In this document: piece after piece, positions 33,880 to 41,908 of the stretch
Position numbering within the stretch: the stretch's first letter is position 1
Layout: each line of letters starts with the position of its first letter
Virus record (IMG/VR): IMGVR_UViG_3300032435_000019
Origin: a virus
DNA: 43,703 nt
Strand: one strand, 5' to 3'
Notes under the pieces: generated by a model
The model's database searches: none
Told to the model about the DNA's origin: nothing
Seen by the model: the letters and a program-made list of their open reading frames with translations, nothing else
Program-made: the position numbers and the translations under genes

Positions 33880-34368
33880 CTAGCCGTACATCGCTATGCA
33901 GATGGCGTCTGCGCGCCCGTGGTGTTTCTTGAGGTGTAGCTCGGCGTTCGGGTGTAGTCGCTTGGCTAGTAACCGGCTCTGGTCTTTGGGCGTTCCTATG
34001 AGGCCGGCCTTGCGCTTCCAGACGATTGGCGTGGTCTCCTGGAGGGAGAATCCTGCTATGTGGACCGCGGCTTTCACCGCTCCGTATCCTTCGCCGAAAT
34101 TGAAGGCGCTTTGCGATCCCATTTTTGCGCGCTTGCCGTCTTTGCCTGGGGCGGCGTTGGGCATGGCGTTTACGCGCTCGATTTTGGCTATAGCGCAGAG
34201 TGCGGTGTGCTGCTTTAGGTAGTTGAAAACCGCGGTCGCATTGATGTGGCGCTTGCCGTCCACCCCCTGGATGGTTGGCATATCAATTAGGCCGACTAGC
34301 TTGCCGTCTTTGATTACTGCGATGGCTCCGGTGACGCCTGGGTCGATACCGATTACGGTGCTAGCCAT
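33880..34368 (-). CDS. RuvC-like Holliday junction resolvase
   Basis: VIGIDPGVTGAIAV at the N-terminus (catalytic Asp), ...GRADAICIA near the C-terminus, and a size of 162 aa. Confidence 0.8.
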   Translation of the reverse strand: MASTVIGIDPGVTGAIAVIKDGKLVGLIDMPTIQGVDGKRHINATAVFNYLKQHTALCAIAKIERVNAMPNAAPGKDGKRAKMGSQSAFNFGEGYGAVKAAVHIAGFSLQETTPIVWKRKAGLIGTPKDQSRLLAKRLHPNAELHLKKHHGRADAICIAMYG

Positions 34369-34429
34369 GCCCGTTCCCTTGCTATTGGTCTCGGGCGTTG
34401 ATACTACATTGGCCGGAGCGCTCTCACAA

Positions 34430-35008
34430 TCACCCTAGTAGCGCCCTTAATGCCTGGATATGGGGTAGCCCTTCCTCGGCCCTGATCTTTGCTGCCGCCT
34501 TCGCTTCTGCGGTCCTGATGGCTAGCTGCTCCTCGGTCTCGATCTGCGGTAGTCCGAGGCGCTCCCTGCGCTGTCGGTCGCGTTTCTTTTGCCGGTGGTG
34601 CACTGCTATGCCTACGAACTGCGGGAGGTTGGGCATTTTTGGCTCGCTGTCGCGGCAATGGTCGAGGGCTGCACCTACGTCGCGGTCGGTGAATCCCTGG
34701 CTTTGGAACGCCGCGCACCACTCAAGTTGTGCTATTCGTAGCGTTCGGTCGTCGGGAAAGTTGCTGCTCCAGAGGTGGCCGTAGATGGATTTCATCCGTA
34801 TGAATACGCCGGTCATTAGCTTCTGCGCTTCGGGACTTATGTCTCCTATCCTGGGGCCTCCTTCGTCCTGGTGGCTGCGCTGCAGTCTCCTGGCTAGTGC
34901 TTCCGGACCGCCTTGTAGTAGGTCGGCCGCGGCTCTATAGGGCCCCTTGCTGTCTGAGCATGGCTGTGAGGTCGTCTGCAATGACTTGTGATCCGCTTCG
35001 TTTCCCAT
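34430..35008 (-). CDS. Lambda P-like replication protein (helicase-loader candidate)
   Basis: GVFIRMKSIYGHLWSSNFPDDRTLRIAQLEWCAAFQSQGFTDRDVGAALDHCRDSEPKMPNLPQFV parallels lambda P GVFSQLLATFPASLANRDQNEVNEIRRQWVLAFRENGITTMEQVNAGMRVARRQNRPFLPSPGQFV, recalled from memory. A good RBS (GGGGAAAGGAAG) precedes the ATG at 35008. Confidence 0.6.
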   Translation of the reverse strand: MGNEADHKSLQTTSQPCSDSKGPYRAAADLLQGGPEALARRLQRSHQDEGGPRIGDISPEAQKLMTGVFIRMKSIYGHLWSSNFPDDRTLRIAQLEWCAAFQSQGFTDRDVGAALDHCRDSEPKMPNLPQFVGIAVHHRQKKRDRQRRERLGLPQIETEEQLAIRTAEAKAAAKIRAEEGLPHIQALRALLG

Positions 35009-35711
35009 AACTTCCTTTCCCCTGTTGTTGGTTGTGTAGCGCGTGGAGCCTGTTTAGGAATGTCTTATTCCAGCCGGCTTCCTTTCTCCGCTTTTCCTGC
35101 CCTATCCAGTAGATTCTGAATTCGTTAATGATGTGGTCTATGTCGTCGAATTGGTAGCCTATATCGATGGCTTGCTGGAGCGTTTTTTCGCTTGGATACC
35201 ACTCATTTTTTAATCGTCGTGGGCCCGCCTTTTCCTCGGCGGGACCAACTTTGTCATGTGTATTAGTTAACTCTGTCCTGTGTAAGTGTCCGGTTTTCCC
35301 GACCGTCCGGCAATCCGGACTTTCGGTACTGGCTATTTCACCGACTGTCCGGTTTTCCGGACTTTCGGTAGTCCTGGTTGGTTTAGTAGCGTTCGGTGTC
35401 GTCCGTGGTGCCGCTGATACGCATAGCTGCGTGCCGGTAATTTGCCCTTCCTCGTTCCGCTCGTGCTCCCTCCAGGCTAGGCCGATGGCTGCTAGCTCTT
35501 TGAGCGCTTTGGCGTACCCCTCTTTTCCTATTTTGAAGCGCCGCCGGATGTGGTCCCTGCGGATTATCCAGTTGGGTGGCCGGTCTAGTAGGTAGATGAG
35601 AATAGCGAGCGCCTGCGGGCTCTGTATTGCTTCGATGGTGCTGCTCGGGATAACGACGTAGGTTCCTCCGGCGTTCTTGAGCGTGGTTGGCGTGGTCTTT
35701 TCTATTGGCAT
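34935..35711 (-). CDS. Replication initiator (winged-helix N-terminal domain plus DnaT/O-C-terminal-like domain)
   Basis: The winged-helix segment is ALAILIYLLDRPPNWIIRRDHIRRRFKIGKEGYAKALKELAAIGL. The C-terminal part is WYPSEKTLQQAIDIGYQFDDIDHIINEFRIYWIGQEKRRKEAGWNKTF. I prefer the ATG at 35711 (RBS GGGGAAAG) to the track start at 35747, which has no spacer after AGGG. Confidence 0.65.
   Translation of the reverse strand: MPIEKTTPTTLKNAGGTYVVIPSSTIEAIQSPQALAILIYLLDRPPNWIIRRDHIRRRFKIGKEGYAKALKELAAIGLAWREHERNEEGQITGTQLCVSAAPRTTPNATKPTRTTESPENRTVGEIASTESPDCRTVGKTGHLHRTELTNTHDKVGPAEEKAGPRRLKNEWYPSEKTLQQAIDIGYQFDDIDHIINEFRIYWIGQEKRRKEAGWNKTFLNRLHALHNQQQGKGSYGKRSGSQVIADDLTAMLRQQGAL
35287..35370. 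repeat. Candidate origin iterons inside the initiator gene
   Basis: Two 30-bp units, ccgacCgtccggCAATccggactttcggta at 35299..35328 and ccgacTgtccggTTTTccggactttcggta at 35341..35370, repeat with a 42-bp period. Each unit contains GTCCGG-N4-CCGGAC. A third half-site, tgtccggttttcc, is at 35287. An AT-richer stretch lies at 35250..35286. Confidence 0.55.
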
Positions 35712-35747
35712 GGCTTTCCCCTGTTCGTTTTTATTGCCCGAAACCAT

Positions 35748-35775
35748 CCCTATGTACTTTGCGATTTACATAGGG
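35748..35775. promoter_or_regulatory. Perfect inverted repeat CCCTATGTA-N10-TACATAGGG in the leader of the replication operon
   Basis: Read directly from the sequence. It lies between the predicted leftward -10 and the initiator start codon. Confidence 0.5.
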
Positions 35776-35826
35776 AGCTTTTTCGGACCCCGACTATACC
35801 GGCGTATTTATACTTTCGCTATATGT

Positions 35827-35855
35827 TTGACCGGTATTCCCTTGCGCGATATGAT
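35827..35855 (+). promoter_or_regulatory. Sigma70-type promoter for the rightward operon (TTGACC-17 nt-TATGAT)
   Basis: -35 at 35827..35832 and -10 at 35850..35855, 68 nt upstream of the ATG at 35923. A CCGGTAT box overlaps the -35 (TTGACCGGTAT). Confidence 0.6.
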
Positions 35856-35922
35856 AGCGCCCTGGGTCGGTGTTTTGGTCCATTGCCACGAGAATATTTT
35901 CTGAATAATTTGGAGTCCGTTT

Positions 35923-36573
35923 ATGTCAGCCGGTTTACGAATACGATCCTCGCGGAAATCCCAGGGGCTTACTCAAAAGGATCTGGCTGCCCTGGCTGGC
36001 TGTTCCCAGCAAACTATTGTCGACATTGAGGGCCGGCCCGATCCTTCCTCGCGTTACCTGCCGGCTATCGTTTCCGCGCTCGGTGAGGAAATGTCCTATA
36101 TCCAGAACGGTATCGGATCGCCGGCCGGTGGTCCTTCGGGCGATCTGCTGCCATGCCTGACGCCTTTCGAGGTTGCTGTTGGCGTGCTGGATGGTCTTGA
36201 TGCTGCGCCGCAGAATGATCCTCGCTACTCGTCACCGGTGCCGGTCTCCCGCCTTGCTTTTACGATGCTGGTCGATACTACGATGTGCAGTATGGGGTTC
36301 GATGTATCCGTGGGCGATGTGGTGTTTGCTGATCCTGCTGCTGCTGTGGTCTCGGGCTCCCTGGTTGTTTGCGTTGCCCCTGGGTGGAATCGCGCCGAGC
36401 TTCGGGTGGTGAGCGAGATACGGGGTCAAACGTATTTGTCGCTGGACAACTTCCAGGATCGGTTCGGGTGCACGATTTACCGCGCTGCTAGTGATTACTT
36501 GTCCTCTGATCGTGAGGATGCTTTATTGGTCGCTGGGGTCGTGGTATTTATGGGCCGCTCGGCGCTTTTATAG
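35923..36573 (+). CDS. CI/LexA-like regulator (XRE HTH plus an S24-like C-terminal domain, probably not self-cleaving)
   Basis: The HTH is LTQKDLAALAGCSQQTIVDIE. The C-terminal beta domain has a CSMG...VGDVVFADP...GSLVV pattern like S24 peptidases, but there is no Lys anywhere in that domain. Confidence 0.7.
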   Translation: MSAGLRIRSSRKSQGLTQKDLAALAGCSQQTIVDIEGRPDPSSRYLPAIVSALGEEMSYIQNGIGSPAGGPSGDLLPCLTPFEVAVGVLDGLDAAPQNDPRYSSPVPVSRLAFTMLVDTTMCSMGFDVSVGDVVFADPAAAVVSGSLVVCVAPGWNRAELRVVSEIRGQTYLSLDNFQDRFGCTIYRAASDYLSSDREDALLVAGVVVFMGRSALL

Positions 36574-36649
36574 CCTTTCATCCGGTATGCGCGGCAATGC
36601 TACACGACGCTCATTTACCTTCTATTTTGCCTTCCAATGCCCCACGTTA

Positions 36650-36679
36650 TTGTTTATAGTCACTCCAAGCCGGTATTCT
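36650..36679 (+). promoter_or_regulatory. Possible promoter before the recombination genes (TTGTTT-18 nt-TATTCT)
   Basis: A weak consensus match. The -10 overlaps a CCGGTAT box, and a second box lies 10 bp downstream. Confidence 0.3.
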
Positions 36680-36704
36680 CCGGTATATAAAAAGGAGTGA
36701 CCTT

Positions 36705-37487
36705 ATGGTTGCCAATACTAAAACGCTTGCGGTCGTTGGCTCGCCTCTGGCGGCTATGTCCGAGCGCTTGGGGATCGAGGCCAGGGAGCTGGAGGCCGTT
36801 ATTAAGGCGACGGTTATGCCGGCGAAAGATGCCCACAAAAACCCGCTGGTTGTTACGAATGAGCTGTTCGTTGCCTTCCTGGCTGTTGCTAACAACTATC
36901 AACTGGACCCGCTCAAGAAGGAAATCTATGCCTTTCCTGCGAAGGGTGGCGGTATCCAAGCGGTGGTGTCTATCGACGGCTGGATGTCGATTATCAATGC
37001 CCACCCCCAATTTGACGGCATGGAGCTGGTCGAGAACGACGACTCGGCCGGTACCTTCGTTTCGGTCACTTGTACTATCTACCGCAAGGATCGTGAGCAT
37101 CCCACGGTCGTTACCGAGTGGCTGTCCGAGTGCAAGCAATCTACGGACCCCTGGCGTGATCGCCCTCGTCGTATGCTGCGCCACAAGACCGCTATTCAAT
37201 GCTCCCGCTATGCTTTCGGCCTGGGCGGTATTGTTGAGCATGACGAGGCCATCGAAGCGCTGGGCGGCGAGCGCGAGGTAGCTCCTGCTGTCGCTAGTGA
37301 GCCGGAGGAGGTGTTCTATCCGGTCGCTCTGTTCGATTCCAATTTGCCTAAATGGCGCGTTTTGATCGAGTCCGGCAAGCGAACGCCTGCCGAGGTTATC
37401 GCTACGGTGCAGTCGAAGGGATCGCTTACTGAAAAGCAAAAGGTGGCTATATCCAACTGCGCGCCTGTTGAAGGAGAAATTGTATGA
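36705..37487 (+). CDS. Bet/RecT-family single-strand annealing protein
   Basis: FLAVANNYQLDPLKKEIYAFPAKGGGIQAVVSIDGWMSIINAHPQFDGME is the characteristic Bet/RecT core. An RBS (AAGGAG) lies upstream. Confidence 0.85.
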   Translation: MVANTKTLAVVGSPLAAMSERLGIEARELEAVIKATVMPAKDAHKNPLVVTNELFVAFLAVANNYQLDPLKKEIYAFPAKGGGIQAVVSIDGWMSIINAHPQFDGMELVENDDSAGTFVSVTCTIYRKDREHPTVVTEWLSECKQSTDPWRDRPRRMLRHKTAIQCSRYAFGLGGIVEHDEAIEALGGEREVAPAVASEPEEVFYPVALFDSNLPKWRVLIESGKRTPAEVIATVQSKGSLTEKQKVAISNCAPVEGEIV

Positions 37488-39037
37488 GAATTGCGAACGT
37501 AGTCCAGGGCTCTGCTGAATGGAGCGCTTTGCGTTCCTCCTGCCGGCCTGCTTCCGAGGCTCCTTGTATGATGGGCGTCGGCCATACTAAACGGTCGGAC
37601 CTGATCCGGCTGCGGGCTACTGGCGAATCAGTTGAATATTCGCGCTGGGTCCTGGAGGTGCTGTTCCAGTCCGGCCACGATATTGAGGCGCTCGCTCGCC
37701 CTATTGCCGAGGGCTTCCTGGGTGATGAGCTTTTTCCTGTTACTGCTACCGATGATGATGGCTATCTGTCCGCGTCGTTTGATGGCGTTACGATGTGCGA
37801 GTCTATTATTTGGGAGTGCAAGTCCTGGAATGAATCGAAGGCCGCCGATGTTCTTGCCGGCGTATTGCCGGAGGTCGACTACTGGCAGGTCGTCCAGCAA
37901 CTCGTCGTTTCCCGCGCTGAATACTGCGTTTATATGGTTACGGATGGCGCGCCGGAGAATACGGTCACGCTGAAATTCGTGCTCGATCCCGCTGACGAGG
38001 AGAAACTGCTAGCTTCCTGGGCTCTGTTTGATGCCGAGGTGGCTACTTACGAACACCGCGAGGCTGCTCCGGTGGTCGTCGGTAGGGCTCCAGATCAACT
38101 GCCTACGCTACGCATCGACGTTACCGGTATGGTGACGGCTTCAAACCTTGATGCGTTCCGTGAGCACGCTCTGGCGGTGTTTGGTGGCATCAATCGGACC
38201 CTGGTTACGGATACCGACTTCGCTAATGCCGAGTCGACCATCAAGTGGTGCAAGGGCGCGGAGGATAAACTCAAATCGGCCAAGTCCCAGGCGCTATCCC
38301 AAACCTCTAGCATCGAGTCGTTGTTCCTGGCTATCGATGAAATTGATGCCGAGGCTCGGTCGGTGCGCCTGGAATTAGAAAAGCTAGTGAAGTCGCGGAA
38401 GGAAGCGCTGCGCTCTGAAATCCTGAATGAGCACAAGGCGGCCTGGGTCGATTATGTGGACGAACTGAATAGCGGCCTGCAGGGCAATGTCTCTATCCCT
38501 CACCTCTCTCCGGATTTCGCTGGTGCTATGAAGGGTAAGCGTAATTTCGATAGCTTGCGCGATGCCTGCGGCGTCGAGTTGGCTCGGGTGAAGGTCGAGG
38601 CGTCGTCTATCGCTGCCAAAATTGCCGCTAACCTGGAACTGCTCCGTACCCATGCGGCCGGTTTCGATCCGCTGTTTGCTGATCTGCGGGATATTGTCTT
38701 GAAGGATAAAGACGATCTGCTGCGGCTGGTCCAAGGGCGTATTGCTGAATATGAGGAAAACGAGCGCAAGCGCCGCGCCGAGGAGCGTGCCGAGCGAGAT
38801 CGCCGCGAGGCCGCTGCTGCTGTTCCGGTGGTCGATACGCCGGTTAGTGAGCCCGCGGTCCCTGTTGTCCCTGCTGCAATTGCGGGTCCGGAGACTGCAA
38901 TTGCGGAGGCTCCTTCCGCTGCTTCTGGTAGCCCTCGGCCTTCGGATCGGGATATTGTTCTGGCTGTGGCTAAGGCGTTCAACTGTCCGGCTTCCGTAGC
39001 CTTGTCCTGGATTGCTCAAATTGGAGGCCCAAAATGA
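37484..39037 (+). CDS. YqaJ/lambda Exo-like exonuclease with a C-terminal extension of about 330 aa (517 aa)
   Basis: GSAEWSALR...SASFDGV...IWECKS is the PD-(D/E)xK motif. The gene has an ATGA overlap with bet. The C-terminal half is coiled coil followed by a Pro/Ala-rich linker. Confidence 0.75.
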   Translation: MRIANVVQGSAEWSALRSSCRPASEAPCMMGVGHTKRSDLIRLRATGESVEYSRWVLEVLFQSGHDIEALARPIAEGFLGDELFPVTATDDDGYLSASFDGVTMCESIIWECKSWNESKAADVLAGVLPEVDYWQVVQQLVVSRAEYCVYMVTDGAPENTVTLKFVLDPADEEKLLASWALFDAEVATYEHREAAPVVVGRAPDQLPTLRIDVTGMVTASNLDAFREHALAVFGGINRTLVTDTDFANAESTIKWCKGAEDKLKSAKSQALSQTSSIESLFLAIDEIDAEARSVRLELEKLVKSRKEALRSEILNEHKAAWVDYVDELNSGLQGNVSIPHLSPDFAGAMKGKRNFDSLRDACGVELARVKVEASSIAAKIAANLELLRTHAAGFDPLFADLRDIVLKDKDDLLRLVQGRIAEYEENERKRRAEERAERDRREAAAAVPVVDTPVSEPAVPVVPAAIAGPETAIAEAPSAASGSPRPSDRDIVLAVAKAFNCPASVALSWIAQIGGPK

Positions 39038-39342
39038 GGCCGGAATTGGATCAAAACGTTGAGCTAGCGACAGCGGTGCTGTCGGCCGAGTTGGGCGCTA
39101 TCGTTCCGCTTTTCGATGTTTGCGACCGCTTTTGGGGCCTTTCCCAGGACGTTGCGAGCGAACGTGCGGCCGCGTGCTCTTTGCCGGTCGCCGCCTTCAA
39201 GCTGGGGAGCCAGAAGTCTCCCTGGTTTGTTTGGGTCGGGGATCTAGCGAGGCATATTGTGCTGCGCCATTGCGATGCGGTCGATGCCTGGGCGACGGTC
39301 CATGTGTCTCGTGCTACCGGTAGCCCTGGGGAGGTCGATTAG
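39034..39342 (+). CDS. PrtN-like (pyocin activator family) small DNA-binding protein
   Basis: SLPVAAFKLGSQKSPWFVWVGDLARHI matches the PrtN family pattern as I remember it. Confidence 0.5.
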   Translation: MRPELDQNVELATAVLSAELGAIVPLFDVCDRFWGLSQDVASERAAACSLPVAAFKLGSQKSPWFVWVGDLARHIVLRHCDAVDAWATVHVSRATGSPGEVD

Positions 39343-39506
39343 TGAATATCGCTGGCTATTATTGGGAGGCTCTCCTCGTTGGGTTCTTTGTTATTTTTGG
39401 CGGATTTATTGTTGCCGCCTCGATTATTCGCTTCCGGCGGCGGCGTAGGTATCACAATGCTTTGCGCGGCAAACGTGATCTGCGCCGCGGGGATTACCTG
39501 CCATGA
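39342..39506 (+). CDS. Small single-pass membrane protein (54 aa), not in the ORF track
   Basis: The GTG overlaps the upstream TAG (TAGTG) and the stop overlaps the next ATG (ATGA). The hand translation is VNIAGYYWEALLVGFFVIFGGFIVAASIIRFRRRRRYHNALRGKRDLRRGDYLP. Confidence 0.45.
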   Translation: MNIAGYYWEALLVGFFVIFGGFIVAASIIRFRRRRRYHNALRGKRDLRRGDYLP

Positions 39507-39724
39507 GCGATACTATTGAGTTGCGAGAGGTGGTTTCGGGCGAAGTGTTTGTTCTCCTGCGTACCGATGAGACTTTCCGGCGCGTAGGTATCAAAACGCT
39601 CTATCGTGGAGGTCCGGTGCGCGTCGGTCAGGTTGCCGTCGTGCCCCTGGATCGCCCTCGCAAGGGTGGTGGCGTGGTGTTCTTGAGCTCCCGCTGCCAT
39701 GTTCGGGTGGTCGTGAATCCCTAG
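39503..39724 (+). CDS. Hypothetical protein (73 aa), last gene of the rightward operon
   Basis: ORF coupled to the preceding small ORF. No motif. Confidence 0.55.
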   Translation: MSDTIELREVVSGEVFVLLRTDETFRRVGIKTLYRGGPVRVGQVAVVPLDRPRKGGGVVFLSSRCHVRVVVNP

Positions 39725-39774
39725 TCGACCGGATAAACCTTTACCCTCCCGCGTCGCTCGGCGCGTGGATCATT

Positions 39775-40023
39775 TTAGAATATCGTGATGGCGTTGAAGG
39801 GTAGCGTCGGGACCTTTTGCCTGATTTCTCCGTCCACTACTAGCACGCGGTCGCTTACTGTGTAGGCGCTTCCCTTGACCACGATCTGGCTCGTACTCTG
39901 GAGCGTTACGATGCTGGTGTTGTCTCCGGTGTTTACGCTGGCGATAGTGCCGTAGGTCCTGGAGCCTGTTGGGAGTAGCTCTTTGAATTTCTGGACTGGA
40001 TTGATCGTCGCTTTTTTACTCAT
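39775..40023 (-). CDS. Small beta-rich protein at the end of the tail module (82 aa)
   Basis: ORF that overlaps the upstream 627-aa gene by 8 nt. It is the last minus-strand gene, convergent with the plus-strand operon. Confidence 0.55.
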   Translation of the reverse strand: MSKKATINPVQKFKELLPTGSRTYGTIASVNTGDNTSIVTLQSTSQIVVKGSAYTVSDRVLVVDGEIRQKVPTLPFNAITIF

Positions 40024-41899
40024 GTTCGTAGAACCTCACGATTGTAGCTGTCTGTTCAACCTTCGCCGCTCCGCTCCTGGGCGCGCTTATGCTAACGCCG
40101 AGGACGTATCCTCGCCATGTAGTGTTGCCTTCTACGGTCTCGATCATCATTCCTGGCTCCAGCAGCCCTGGTGCTATTAGCGCCTCGGGTATCGGGAGCG
40201 TTATTGAATAGATACCCTTCGCGCCGCTGTTGCCTATCTCCTGGCGCGCCCGCTCCTGGGTGACGTCGGTGTCTGTGAGTAGGTCGTCGAATACGTCCGG
40301 CGCTTGTAGTAGCCCTCCGGAGCCGAATAGCTCTACTAGATTGGCGACGCCCTTCGTCGTGCCGGATAGGTAGATGCTGTCGTATAGCGGTGCCGGCTCG
40401 TAGTTGAGGCTTTGCTGGTTGACCATGCTCATGGGTATTTGAGCGTCTAGCTGCCCCAATGTGGCCGCTGTCAGCGCCCAGGGCGATATGGGTAGCCTCG
40501 GCTGTAGGGTGAGCGATTGGTTTGCCTTGTGCGGCACTAGGATAGCTCCTGCGGCGTCTGCTATGCGCTTGGCTAGTGCTAGCGGCGATAGGTCCTGGTA
40601 GCTGAATGCGCCGGCCTCAATCGCCCAGGAGGGTGTTGTCTGCCATCCTATGGTGAATCCGGTGCCGAATAGCGCGTCGTCGATTACCTGGGTGGCCTGG
40701 GCTGTGCTGCTGACGTTGCCGCTTATCTGGCTGGCGTATGGATAGGCTAGTATCTGGGTCCGGCTTACGCCGCGGACGTTGAAGCGCTCGTCTGAGTGCT
40801 TACGGTTCCCGCTGTAGCTCTCTATCATAAATATCCAGGTGTGGCCGTTGATCTCGACTTCTATGTCTATCAATCCCTGGGCGGTCGGTTCGATCATCGC
40901 TAGGCCGGCGGTCCCTAGCACTTGGCCGGTGATTGCCCAAGCCCATGAGTCGGTGTCGAGCGCGATAGTAATGTCCTGCATATCTATCGGCGTCTGGTCG
41001 CTTACTCGCTTCACGTTGACGGTGTTCATGGTGAGGTGGGTCTCCAGTTCGATGGCGATTATTGTATCGCCTGGGTCGGTGATCGGTCCTTCGTAATCCT
41101 CGTAATCGAAGTTAAGCGTTTTATCGCGCTGCCCGCCAGGGCCCCAGGGTATCTGGTAGCGTGAATTAACCGGCGCGCCTACTAGCCACGGCCCCTGGAC
41201 GATGTACTCCTTTGGCTGCGATGGGTGAGGCTGAAAGGCTGGGGCGATTGGCATCCTCGTAGGCGTTCCAATTTCGGCCCTCCGGAGCTGTAGGAAGCCG
41301 AAGTCGGCGCGCCCGATTACGGGGTTGGCTAGCTCTGCCGGCAGGTTTTGCGGCCTGCGCCATAGCGGCCCGAAGTCGTCGGTGGTGAACCATTGCTCGC
41401 TTTTTTTGGTGTCTTTGTAGGGCGTTTTGATTAAAAAAGCGGAGCTTTTTGTGTAATCGAGGATCACGCCGGCTATCTGCCACCGTATCCTGGCGCGGTC
41501 GCGGTCCTTCGCTATCGCTTGCTTGTAGGCTAATGCCGCGCTTTGGTCGTAGGGATTGGCTGGCTCCCAGGCTATGCCGCGGCCCTTGTCCTGTTGAGTA
41601 GCGGGCTTCCAGCGGCCGCTCCGGCCCTGGTCTGTTATGACGCTGGCGCTGTCTATATTGATGCGGGTGGATAGCTGTCGCTCGGTCGCGTCGTTCCAGC
41701 CCTCGCGCCTGTCCTGGTTGTGCCGCTCCGGCTTTACCCATGCGAGGTTGATGGTCGATATAGCGCTCGGGACAGCGGTCGCCTGGGGCGGCACCCCGGA
41801 TTGCCCGAGGTAGAAGTTTACCCTGGAGGATGCCGGCGTTTTGTAGTTTGGGACCGCTAGATTGAAATCTACGATTGTCCCGAGCGGCGCTGTATACAT
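40016..41899 (-). CDS. Tail/baseplate-distal structural protein (627 aa)
   Basis: Long ORF following the LamG fibre gene. No motif, so the call rests on position. Confidence 0.6.
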   Translation of the reverse strand: MYTAPLGTIVDFNLAVPNYKTPASSRVNFYLGQSGVPPQATAVPSAISTINLAWVKPERHNQDRREGWNDATERQLSTRINIDSASVITDQGRSGRWKPATQQDKGRGIAWEPANPYDQSAALAYKQAIAKDRDRARIRWQIAGVILDYTKSSAFLIKTPYKDTKKSEQWFTTDDFGPLWRRPQNLPAELANPVIGRADFGFLQLRRAEIGTPTRMPIAPAFQPHPSQPKEYIVQGPWLVGAPVNSRYQIPWGPGGQRDKTLNFDYEDYEGPITDPGDTIIAIELETHLTMNTVNVKRVSDQTPIDMQDITIALDTDSWAWAITGQVLGTAGLAMIEPTAQGLIDIEVEINGHTWIFMIESYSGNRKHSDERFNVRGVSRTQILAYPYASQISGNVSSTAQATQVIDDALFGTGFTIGWQTTPSWAIEAGAFSYQDLSPLALAKRIADAAGAILVPHKANQSLTLQPRLPISPWALTAATLGQLDAQIPMSMVNQQSLNYEPAPLYDSIYLSGTTKGVANLVELFGSGGLLQAPDVFDDLLTDTDVTQERARQEIGNSGAKGIYSITLPIPEALIAPGLLEPGMMIETVEGNTTWRGYVLGVSISAPRSGAAKVEQTATIVRFYEHE

Positions 41900-41908
41900 G
41901 GCGGCCCT

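Noticed and set aside
36660-37439. 259-aa ORF exactly antisense to the bet/recT gene, plus the +2-frame ORF 36697..37281
   Set aside because: The Bet frame carries an unmistakable family signature and a proper RBS. The antisense and shifted ORFs have skewed Arg/Leu composition and no start context. Long shadow ORFs are expected at this GC content.
38384-39019. Antisense ORFs (211 and 160 aa) opposite the exonuclease C-terminal extension
   Set aside because: They are low-complexity Arg/Ser-rich translations with no RBS. The plus-strand frame is continuous with the exonuclease core and coupled to both neighbours.
39725-39774. Bidirectional terminator between the convergent plus-strand and minus-strand operons
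   Set aside because: Only a 4-bp CGCG/CGCG pairing is present, with no convincing stem or U-tract. Termination there is likely but is not supported by a clear structure.
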